Shown piece by piece: positions 23,722-34,200 of a stretch of 64,000 nt of DNA. The notes beneath the pieces are model-generated. The model did no database searches. It was not told the DNA's origin and saw nothing but the letters and a program-made list of their open reading frames with translations. Position numbers and translations under genes: made by a program. Every line of letters starts with the position of its first letter. Position 1 is the first letter of the stretch. Location of the stretch: assembly GCA_013265495.1 (NCBI GenBank), contig MU057887.1:2203576-2267575 (forward strand). The letters are read 5' to 3'. This DNA is from Vicugna vicugna (Eukaryota).

Positions 23722-24185
23722 ACATGAACTGATTCTGACATGAGCACTTCTATTTTCTCACCACCAATGCAAGCTCTCCTTTTGGTCCTAGTATTTTATT
23801 TACCCACCTGTTTACACACTTACTTATTTACTTTGGTTGGACATCTTGATCCAAAAGTACTTTGGTAATATATCAGAACCCTTTAAAGAGTCTAAAACCT
23901 TTTCTAAAAACTCCCTTTTTTGATAGATATTGCTTGTTCCGAAAAGGGTTATGAAATGAATGGATTTGGATCTCAGCATGTGTTAAAGGAAACACTTGAA
24001 AGCCTCAGGTATTGTCCCAGGTGGGCTGGACGTTCAGAATCTGATTCTTGTCTCCGGTTGTTTTATATTCAACATAGATTCCCTTTTGAAATGTATTTTC
24101 CAAAGCTTCTGGAGTCATTCTTTCGATTCTGAAGAGTTGAGCAAAGACACATACATTGATACAAGTTACGCCAACTCATTGGGGT
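23722..24185 (-). pseudogene. Pseudo-exon: first GNAT-like domain
   Basis: Reads CINVCVFAQLFRIERMTPEALENTFQKGIYVEYKTTGDKNQILNVQPTWDNT*GFQVFPLTHAEIQIH/FITLFGTSNIYQK/KGVFRKGFRLFKGF*YITKVLLDQDVQPK*ISKCVNRWVNKILGPKGELALVVRK*. Candidate donors gtaagtg (after 23824) or gtaagcc (after 23722). Acceptor either ctcttcag (exon from 24128) or a pyrimidine tract at ~24186-24225 that lacks its AG. Confidence 0.55.
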
Positions 24186-24652
24186 CGAAGAGAGAGCAAA
24201 AGGGAGAGGCAAATTTTAGGGAATTCAGAGAAGCAGTTAAGCCCCAAAGCTCCTAATAATGTGTTCTCCTGTGGAACACCCACTAATTCTTTTCGTCACA
24301 GGAAGCCCGCCTGTTTCTGTTCTGTTCTGTGGAGCTTTTCTGCATGTCACCACTGCTACTATTTTCCTTGTAGAAAGTTCTTGTTTTCTTTGTCTCACCC
24401 TCGTAGGATGCTCGAGTACGGTGAGTACAGAGGCCATCCTGTCCTTGGGCCACCATTATTTTGGGGGAGGCAGATAATTGAAGAACAATCCCCAGGTCTC
24501 TAAGTTAAGAAGAGTTACCTCCAAATCCGATGAAAAGGCAATGATGACATCTGGGCTTCAAGCCCTGAGCCGTGATGGGACGAGCTTCTGGGGGCATCTC
24601 ACTCGGGAGGAAGGAGATGCATGTGCAGGACTTAGAGGATGACTTTGGAGGT

Positions 24653-25073
24653 TGTAGTATTGCTCAGAAAATATGCTCTCCTCTGAAATTCTGCCCCTCC
24701 TCCTGCCCAAGATGAGAACCCTTTCCTGCATCATTGGTCCTGGACTTGGCCATCTGTCCCCCTTTGGCCACTGGAATATGGGTGGAGGTAACAGCATGCT
24801 AGTTCCAAACAAAGTATTACAAGACGAGTTTCTACTGTGGCTTTTATGCTCTGCCCTCCACCAGGAGAAACTGTAGCTCAGAGAGGACCTGATCCTTTGG
24901 TCCAGACCCTGGAAGTGGATAAATACGGAGAGTACCTGAACCTCACCCCTGCTGGAGCGGAGGTGTCAGTATCTGAGCTGCTAGTGTGAAATCGGTATGT
25001 GTGTTTTAAGCTGCTGAGATACTGAGGGGCTGTTTGTTAAGCAAAATCATTAGAACAAAAACTGGCTAATGCA
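24653..25073 (+). mobile_element. MLT1 (MaLR) solo LTR
   Basis: TG...CA ends; 3' end tgttttaagctgctgagat...tgtttgtt...ctggctaatgca. Confidence 0.65.
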
Positions 25074-25249
25074 GACAGATTAAGCAGTAAATGACAATGA
25101 GGAGTTTGGGTGACTGGGAGAGATAATCCTCATTTAACACCTCGCATCAAAATGCACACGTGCACTAAAATGCAATATGCTTAAAGTAAACAAATCTATG
25201 AATACAATATGGGTGCAAATAAACGATATCAGAGCAGGTAAGGGCCTTG

Positions 25250-25501
25250 AATGGCAAGAAAGCAGAGAATGAACCCCTCCAATGACCTGAGGGAGCTTGG
25301 AAGGAGATCTTTCACTGTTTGATTCTCCAGGAAGACCCCAGGGCTGGCCAATGCTTCAGAAGCATCTGGAGACCCCAAGCAGGGCACCCAGTTTAGTCAT
25401 GCTGGACTCCCGACCCTTGGAAATGGCGAGATACCAAATGTCTGCTGTGTTAAGCCATTAAGCTCACGGTAGTTGATTACACAACAATGGATGACTCAAC
25501 A
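25250..25501 (+). mobile_element. MLT1 LTR 3' part
   Basis: gagcttggaag...ggactcccgaccc...tgtgttaagccattaag...gatgactcaaca. Confidence 0.65.
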
Positions 25502-25616
25502 GAGGGTAACTGAAAGACGGACACAGGACACGCGGTGGGCGAGGTGGGGGTGGCAGGCAGAGCTGGGGGCTCCCTGGCTGTGCTCACCACTGCGGGTTCT
25601 GTTTCGGGTGCGATGG

Positions 25617-26780
25617 CACAATGGTTAATTTTACGTGTCGACTTGGCTGGACCTGGCATGCCCACGTGTCTGGTCAGATGTTTGTTTTGAATGTATCTGG
25701 GAGGGAGCTTCTGGAAGAGATTGGCGTTTGAATCAGCGGACTGAGTAAATGGGATTCAGAATGTCCTCCCAGTTTTGGGTGGGGGGGTCTTATCCAACCC
25801 ACCACGGGCCTGAACAGAACAGAAACAGTGAAAGAAGGGGGATTTGCTCCTTTGCCTGACAGCTTGAGCTGAGCCCACGTCCTGGCCGTCAGACCCGGAC
25901 TGGGATCCAGGCTTCAGCTCTCTGCTCTCGGGCCTCCCAGCCACACCGCCGGCCTCCCTGGGCCCCCCTACCCCCGCCTTGCCGACGGCAGACTGTGGGA
26001 CTTCTCAGTCATAGTCTGTGTGAGCTGGTTTCTCATAACAAATCTCCTTCTAGATTATCTGTCTATCTATCTGCCTATCTATCACTGGTTCTGCTCCCCT
26101 GGGGAACCCTGAGTAATGCAGGGATTCTAGAGGAATTAAATTTTAAGAATGACTTTTTAAAATTCATTCTGGAGCTTCTGGAACTTGCTCTCTGGTCTGG
26201 TTAGATCTGAAGCTGTCCCTCCAGTGACTCTGCCTCCGGCGGTAAAGAGCACGGTGGCCCACGCGCTGCGCACTGGCGGCAGGTGCACAGGACACCTGCA
26301 CGGGAGGCTCTTAATCAGCTTTTGTAATAAGCGAGGAGCTGGGCGGTTCTGTAGGTGATACTTCTGAATATTTTTGGAAAACTAATGAATCTGATGATGT
26401 TGTCCCTGGACAAAGTTGGGAAAGAAAAGGATGAGCTCAGGGATTGGATTTCCCAGCTCAAGCTCAGAATAAACCACCTGGAAGCTTCTGTGTGTGTCCT
26501 GGAGAAAACGCTCAGCTCCTGCAGGAGCCAGTGGAGGATTCTCTGCAGAGGAGTGGTTGGTTACAAAACACCCTGCTGCTCTGTCCAGAAAGGACCATAG
26601 GGAGCAGGTCAGAGCATCCAGCACGGTGCAGGGGCCCGGGGGAGAGCCGTGACGGCCTGGCCGAGCGGCAGAGGCTGCGTTACTGGTGGAGGAAATGCTG
26701 GGATTCTGGGTGTGTCACAGAGGGAGCGCTGGCAGCGTCTGCCCGTGGGTGAAAGAAAGGAAAGTTACGGATGAATCCGG
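25617..26780 (+). mobile_element. MLT2 LTR (25617-26120) followed by ERVL internal/gag relic
   Basis: LTR start atggttaattttacgtgtcgacttggctgg, end gaaccctgagtaatgca. Downstream ORF 26355..26600 (LDKVGKEKDELRDWISQLKLRINHLEAS) resembles the ERVL gag coiled coil. Confidence 0.75.
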
Positions 26781-28499
26781 GCAGGCTTCCAGCCCCTGGA
26801 CGGGTGGGGTGGGCTTGCCTTTGCTGCTGTGGCGTGGCAGTTTGGGAGGACAGGCGTTGAGAGCCCTGCGCTGGTCGTAATGAGTCTGAGATGGTCACGG
26901 GTCATCCCAGCGGAGCTAACGGCCAGGCAGAGCCGCGGTCATCCACGTCTGGGCAGGAGACATGCTTGCCGGTCGCAGGGTGGAGGTGACATTTAAAGGC
27001 AGGGTGAGGCCGAGGGAAGAGTGAGTCAGGTGTGAGCATGAACGTCAGTTCCGCGCCACGTGGGGACCTGGGAGGAGGTGCAGTCGGCTTGACCTCCAGG
27101 CTGAGCTGGAGGATGAAAGTCTCACTGATTCCCGCCACCGGTCACACTCGACCTTCGTCTCGGGGGTGGGGTGGAAGTGAGGTTTTAAAACCCCTGGCCT
27201 CAGTTTTGCTCACCCGTTATCACCCCTCTCCCCCGTGACTTCCTTCCTGGGAGCAAGATTTCAGTGAGAAGCCAGGGGCTCACAGATGCTAATAGAGAGA
27301 CAGACGAGGGGAGGAAACAGAAAAGGGCCTCTTCTCGCCAAGTGCTTTGCATACACTTAAATCTGAGGAGACGTGTGTCTTTAAATCCAGATCTTCAAAT
27401 CAATCACCTGCTGCCAACATGCTCCTGTATCCAAAGTCAGTTACCGTCAGACGCTTCCGGAAATAGACCGCGCTGACCAGTCACGGCTCTTACATAAGAC
27501 GCCGAGCCGTCCTCGGCCTGCGCCCGTGGGAATGTGATGTGACAGGCTGCGCGGGGGCGGCTCCCAGGGGATGGATTTCCAGCCAAATGAGGGCTGACTC
27601 TCTGGGGACATGGGGAGCCCACAGCGGGAGGGCAGGGCCCCCCTGCGGGGGCTTGGGGCGTGGATGTATGGCGCCTCGTGGGGCTCCCGCAGGCCCTCCT
27701 CGGCACTCACCATCAGTCTCTACGCTGCCTCTCAGCTTTCAGGTGGCTTTGGGACCAGCCGGCAGTGAGGACCACGTGGGGACAGCTCCCCAACCTGAGT
27801 CCAGCTCAAGAGACTGGTTGACCACGACACAAGGCTCTCCCCAGCCACCCCCCGTCCAGGGCAGTGCCGAGCTCGTGGGAAGACTCACTCCTTCCAGGCG
27901 GCTGGCAGGGTCAGGGTGGCAGTGCCGATCACGCCCCTGCTGACCCGGAGAAGAGACCTAGGCTGTCCTCCAACCCAGATGCAGCAGGAATCCCGAGCAG
28001 GGCCCCCACAAAGCCTCTGCAGGGAGCCAGGCCCCCTCCCCCAGTCACCTCCCTGGCCCCCCTCTCCTACTGGGGTCCTCCCTGTCCTCGAGCCAGGCTG
28101 GGCACTGATGAAGGAGGTGGGAGAGAACCGCCTCCAGCCTACACTGCAGGATTCAGCACCAAATGACTCGGCCCCGCCCGCCCAGCGGCCCCCAGCCCTG
28201 GGCCCTGACTCCTGCGCGTCTACACCCGCACCTCTCCCAGTCTTCCTACAGCGGCCACCAGACGGACCTGCCCAAGCGCAGTTCAGATCACATCTGTCCC
28301 CTGTTACTGGCCGCTCTTCCACGGTGCTGGGCTCCGAATTCCTTGCCTTCTGCATGGACCGCCCACCAGCCATTCCTGCTTGCCTCTGAGTCCTCGGTGA
28401 GCCCTCTTCATTTTCCCAGCCCACATCCCAGCTGTCTGGTCTACCTGAGTTCCCGCAGTGACCCCGGCTCTCTCGTGCCTTCCTTCCTTACTGAGTGGC

Positions 28500-28670
28500 C
28501 CTGAGTGAGTCGGTTGACGTCTCTGAGCCTTAGTGCCCTCTCTTTACCTCTGGGGATGATGGTGAGTGCCTCCCAGGGTGGCTGATCGGTACAGATTAGA
28601 AATGGTGGCTGTAAACGCTGTGTAGCCCAGTGCTTGTGTACACTCGGTGCTCAGCGAAAGAGAGTCACTG
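28500..28670 (+). mobile_element. MIR
   Basis: tctctgagccttagt...ggggatgatggtgagtgcctcccagggtgg...gtgctcagcgaaa. Confidence 0.6.
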
Positions 28671-28811
28671 TTTGGGCTGCCTAGCCCATCTCTCTGCTAC
28701 ACCTGCCTGCTGCGTCTCTCCTTTGGGACTCGGCTTAGAGAGCTCCTCCTGTAGGGAGTCTTCTTTGAATTAATGAGGCAGAAGTAAGTCCCCCACAGCC
28801 CCCCAGCCTCC

Positions 28812-29309
28812 NNNNNNNNNNNNNNNNNNNNNNNNNNNNNNNNNNNNNNNNNNNNNNNNNNNNNNNNNNNNNNNNNNNNNNNNNNNNNNNNNNNNNNNNN
28901 NNNNNNNNNNNNNNNNNNNNNNNNNNNNNNNNNNNNNNNNNNNNNNNNNNNNNNNNNNNNNNNNNNNNNNNNNNNNNNNNNNNNNNNNNNNNNNNNNNNN
29001 NNNNNNNNNNNNNNNNNNNNNNNNNNNNNNNNNNNNNNNNNNNNNNNNNNNNNNNNNNNNNNNNNNNNNNNNNNNNNNNNNNNNNNNNNNNNNNNNNNNN
29101 NNNNNNNNNNNNNNNNNNNNNNNNNNNNNNNNNNNNNNNNNNNNNNNNNNNNNNNNNNNNNNNNNNNNNNNNNNNNNNNNNNNNNNNNNNNNNNNNNNNN
29201 NNNNNNNNNNNNNNNNNNNNNNNNNNNNNNNNNNNNNNNNNNNNNNNNNNNNNNNNNNNNNNNNNNNNNNNNNNNNNNNNNNNNNNNNNNNNNNNNNNNN
29301 NNNNNNNNN
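28812..29309. other. Assembly gap (498 N) flanked by a C-rich repeat unit
   Basis: N run; ccccagcctcc is present on both sides. Confidence 0.95.
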
Positions 29310-29857
29310 CCCCCAGACCCCCCAGTGCCCCCAGCCTCCGCGCTTCCTCTCACAGTTTTATTTAGTAACGGGTCTGTCTCCTCACGGGTGGGTTGAGAGC
29401 AGCAAGCACAGCAGCACACAGGTGAGTCACAAACCTGATGCCTGTTAGATGATGAATAAAAGAAACAGAGCCTGTTCTCTCTGATGGGCTGCTCGCAGGC
29501 TGACCTCTGCCCTGCGACATGAGCTTTAGAGGGTTTATCCCCAACTCTGAGTCTAAAGTACAGCTCCCTGTCCCCAGGGATGCTTACTCCCACCGTGACA
29601 CACCTGCTAGTGGCTGGTTGGTCCGTTAGGTGCTGGAGTGTGTTTACCGAAAGGCTTCCTTCCAGAGTGTGGTTATTTCAGCTGACAGAACTGAGTCCTT
29701 GAGCTTTGTTTGGGTGCTTTCCTCATTCATCCAGCAAACACCCATGGAATGTAAAATTTGAGTCTAACAGTACTGAGTGGATGTTCAGTGAATTTGACTC
29801 AGTCCTGCTTCTTCCTGCTCCTATAATTTCTCCTTTGTTCATCTCCTTTGCCAACAT

Positions 29858-30330
29858 TGTATCAGTCAGGTCTTGCCACGTAACAAACCAACTCAAAACT
29901 TAGTGGCTTAACACCACCACTCTTCATTATTTAAGTCTACGGGTCAACTGAGTGGTTCTTTGATGCACACCAGTCTTGGGTGACTTTGACCACTCAGGCA
30001 CCTGTCTGTGGTCAGCCGGCAGGTGGCTGAAGGCTGCAGGTGTGGGGTGGACTTGGCTGGGATGACTCAGCTCTGCTCTGCACGCTCTCGTCCTCCAGCA
30101 GGTGAGCTTAGACTTGTTCTGCTCCAGGTTCTAAGGGATGTGGCAGGTGCACATGACCTCCTGGGCCTCGGCTGAGAGCTGCACGTCATCACAGTCTGCT
30201 GGCCAGAATGAATCACTACACCAGTCTAGACCCAAGCAGACTCCACTCCAATGAGAGGGTCTTCAAAGCCGTAAGGGGAATGGACAAAGAAGGGGTGGAG
30301 GATTGGGTCGTTCCCCTCTCTGCCACCCCC
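29858..30330 (-). mobile_element. MLT1 (old MaLR) LTR
   Basis: tgtatcagtcagg...gtaacaaaccaactcaaaacttagtggcttaa is the reverse complement of an MLT1 3' end. Confidence 0.7.
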
Positions 30331-30744
30331 ATCACCGTCATGATGATCTTCCTTTTACTGAGTCTGTATTCTGGGCAGACATGTGCTCAGCTTGCTTCGT
30401 TCCTCTCTGATCCTCGTGTATTGTCTGCCAGGCTACAGTTTCTGCAAGGGGCCTCTGTCTTTCCTGACTGTAAATAGCGGCACGCTGCAGCTCACCCAGC
30501 TGCAGGGCACAGGAGAGCGGCGCGCCACGCCAGCTGGCAAACCCCTGAAAAAAGTGGGCACAAACATGTGGAAGGCTGCAGATGGTTGGGAGCTACTGGG
30601 GAGAAGGTGTCGCCTGATGGGAGGGCTCAGGACTTGAGCTGAGGTCTCAGCAAGAAGGCTGGAGGCCACGTGACATCAGTCTTCCGGAGCGTGCCTTCCG
30701 CGCTCGGGCGTCCCCCTCCCGGGGCCCCACGGGGATTGACTCAC

Positions 30745-30847
30745 AGGTACCATTTCCTATTCCAACGTGAATGTCATAATAAGGCAGGAACTTTCATTTC
30801 TCTGGGCTTGTTGTTGTTAAATTCATCTCTTGTGGGGTATTGATTTT
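30745..30847 (-). pseudogene. Candidate upstream pseudo-exon (103 bp)
   Basis: Strong acceptor tttacttttcttttaag and donor |gtgagt. AT-rich unique sequence; the two most protein-like frames each carry one TGA. Confidence 0.3.
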
Positions 30848-31239
30848 CTTAAAAGAAAAGTAAATCCATTTTTTATTTTTCTCAGCTTATTACCAGACAC
30901 TGGGGTCTGGGACACACGGAACAAGAATTCTGTTAAGTGTTCAAAAATGTTTCCAAATCCAAATCAATAAAACTACACGGATTTATTTTTTTAATCTTAC
31001 AAAGAACAAATGTAGAAAATTTCATCCCAACACACCACCCGACGCCACCAGGCAGAGCTTCACAGCTCTGGTTTGAGCAGACACAAGCCTCGAGGGCCGT
31101 ACAGAGAAGCTGCAGAGGAAGACGTGCGCGTGCCTCTGAGGCCAAGCCCGGCAGACGCGGCTCTGGGTCTGGGTACGTCGGACTAAGCTCATCCCCCTTG
31201 ACTCTCCCGCCGGTCATACCTACGAAAGCTGGACGGAGG

Positions 31240-34200
31240 ATGTGAGGCAACTATTTAAAGACTCAGGAGAGTGGGTAGCAGCAGGGGATTTGGGGAAGAA
31301 CTCCAAAATTTGGTGTGCCACCCGAAGAAAGGAGAGTTTACTGTTTTTCCCTCCTCTGGTCTCCTCCAGCTTGAATTCAATGCACGGGGAACCCAGAAAT
31401 GGCAGAGAGAGAGAGAGCTCCAGGAAACCCTCCAGCCTCGACTCAAGGGGCAGGAAGGGGCTCCTAACCAGACAGCCCTGCAGCCCCAGCTTCTTCCCTG
31501 GTGTAAATCCCCCGCCCTCTCCTGCCCAACGCCCCCGGCAAGTGCTGGGAGGCAACGGCAGAGCCAGAAGCGAGTCTGCAGGAGCTGCACATGGAGGCGG
31601 GGGTTCGTCTTCTCCACGCTTTGGACATGGAGGCCCAGGAGGGCAACGCCAGCACCGCCTGCCTCCTCCGCTTCTCCGTTCCGGGGCTGCTTGACCACAC
31701 ATGGGAGTGGTCGAAGGCACGCACAGCAGAGTGGGTCCTCTGAGAGCAGAGTTCCAGCTGTCTGGCCAGAGGAGCGTGGGAAAGTGCCCTGGTAGGATGG
31801 TTTCTGAACACCCGGGCTCAGTCCCTCCCTCCACAAACACGCTGTGCGCACATGGATGGCACTCTACAGGGTGTTCCAAACATTTAGAGAATTGAATGAA
31901 CAGAGAGACTACAGATCAGGTCCGAGACTGGCTGCTGAGTGACACGTGTGTGGAGAAGATGTGCTAGAACTTCAAAGGCTTGGAGGTCTGAACTGACCAT
32001 GCCCCACAGTGGGTCCAGAAAAGGTAGGTTGGAAATTGTGGCCCAGGTGTGAACAGGCCAACTGCTGGCACAACAGAAACATGGCATCGTCCATCAGAAC
32101 GTGAACAAGGCCCAAGGGCTCCCTACATAACATTCAAGGTGGCCAGGGTACAATCCAACGTCACTTGGCATGTGGAGAACCAGGAAAATCTCAGTTTTTG
32201 TGGGAAAAGACAGTTTCAGATACCAACACTGAGATGACACAGACAATGGAATTATTACTAAAATATCCCCAGCGAGCAACCTCAGACACATTGGAAATCA
32301 TTAAAAAAATTAGAAAATGAAAACTTAAGTCCTGAAGAAAAGTACATTAAAAATACCCCTCACAGATAGACTCAATAGTAGAATGAAGATGACTGAAAAA
32401 GGAGGCACCAGACTTGAAGACAGATCAATAGAAATGATCCAGTCTGGGCAACAGAGATGAAGATGCGAAGGACGGCCTGAGCCTCAGGGAGCCGTGGGCA
32501 ACAGGAAGGTCCAGATCCTGTGTTGTCAGAATCAAAGAGGAGAAAGAGCGGTGCTAGGAAAAGACAAGCTGGCTGGAAACGTCCTGAATTTGGAGAAACG
32601 CATAAACCAGCAGAATCCAGAAGCTCAGCAAACCCCAAGGAGAATGAACCCAGGGAAATTCACGTCCAGGCACATCGTAGTCCAGCTGCTGACAGCTAGA
32701 CACACACGGAGTTGGGAAAGCAGCCAGAAAAAAACGCGTGTTCCCTCCGGAGGAACGCAGTTCGCCCACCGCGGATTTCACATCCAAAACCGCAGGGCCG
32801 GGTGTGGCGGCGCAGGAGCTTTAAAGTGCTCAGAGAGGAGATCGTCAGCCCAGAAACGCACGTCCAGAGATAAATACCTTCAGGAGAGAAGATGAAAAGA
32901 AGACGTTCTCAGCTGAAGGAAAACAGCAACAACAGACTCGCAGCCAGCGGAGCTGCTCTAAGAGGATCCCTGAAGGGAGCTGTCCGGACGGAAGGGAAAG
33001 GCTGGCGCAGAGCCGCCTGCAACGCCGGGGACGCAGGAGAACACAGGAGTGGGAAATACGCGGCCAAACAGAATAGGCTGTTTTGTGTTCTGAATTCTTC
33101 AAAATATCTTTGATAGTTGGAAGTAGAAAACTGTGCCATTGTCCGACAATGTTTTAAATATACCTAATGTAATATATGGGAGGACTGCCACGTGAAGATG
33201 GGGGAACAGGACCCATATGGGGTAAGAGGTGTGTGCTCCACCTGCAGCGAGGACACATGGCTTCAGAGTTGACTGAAAAGCTAAGCAGGTACAATGCGCT
33301 CCTAGGACAACCAATTCGAACAATTAATCTACACAGAGGGAGGTAGTAAACAGCATGATGGATGATACTAAAAATGTTCAAATCATCCAAAAGAAGGCAG
33401 GAAAGTGAGAAACAGAAATGGAAGATGGAGGAGACAGACAGAAAACAATGGTAAAGGAGTTAACTCCCCAAGAAGACACAGCTACCCTAAACGTGTGTGC
33501 TTCTGACTGTAGAGTTTTAAAATACATGAGGCAAAAACTGAGGAAAGGAAAAGGAGAAATAGATAAATCCGTCATGGTGGTTGGAGACCCAACAGTCCCC
33601 TATTAGTGAGACGTAGAACTAGAGAGAGAAGCCCTGCAGGATGGGGGAGTGAGCAACGCTACAGGCCACCATCTGTAGTTGGTATTTACAGAACACTGAA
33701 CTCAGTGAGAGAAGAACACACATACTTTCAAATCCACATGTGACATTCACTGAGAAAAAGTTTTGAAATTATACCAAGTATGTTTTGTGATCATAATGGA
33801 ATTTAAACTAGCAATTAGTAACAGAAAGGTAACAGGAAAATCTCCAAGTACTTGGCAGTTAAACAGCACATTTTAAAATAATCATTGGGCCATAGAGGAA
33901 GTCTCCAGGGAAATCAAAAAATACTTTAAGCTGGACAATGGTGAAAATACAACACATCAACGCCATCCCCACTTCCAGGATGATGCTAAAACAGTGCTGG
34001 AAAGTAAGTGCAAAGCACTGAATGTTCACACTAGAAAAAAGAAAGGTTTTAATTGAATAATCTAAACTTTACCTTAAGAAACTGAAATATGAAAAGCCAA
34101 ATGAACCGACAGCAGGCAGAAGACGGGGAATTATAAAGATAAGAGGAGAAGTCAGTCAAACTGAAAATAGAAAAAACCGGAGAGAAAATCAAAAGCTGGT

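Larger units (their letters stand above)
16656..24185 (-). pseudogene. Decayed multi-exon pseudogene encoding a putative tandem GNAT (GCN5-like) acetyltransferase plus C-terminal helical/coiled-coil region
   Basis: Four AT-rich minus-strand segments with GT donors and (mostly) pyrimidine-AG acceptors. Manual translation gives GNAT motif-A-like peptides ITLFGTSNIYQK(K)GV and ISNLFAVSKGYQENACGLLL in collinear order, with several in-frame stops and frameshifts. Confidence 0.6.

Noticed and set aside
28697..29593. 298-aa ORF (also 43883..44656)
   Set aside because: Artefact of translating through N gaps.
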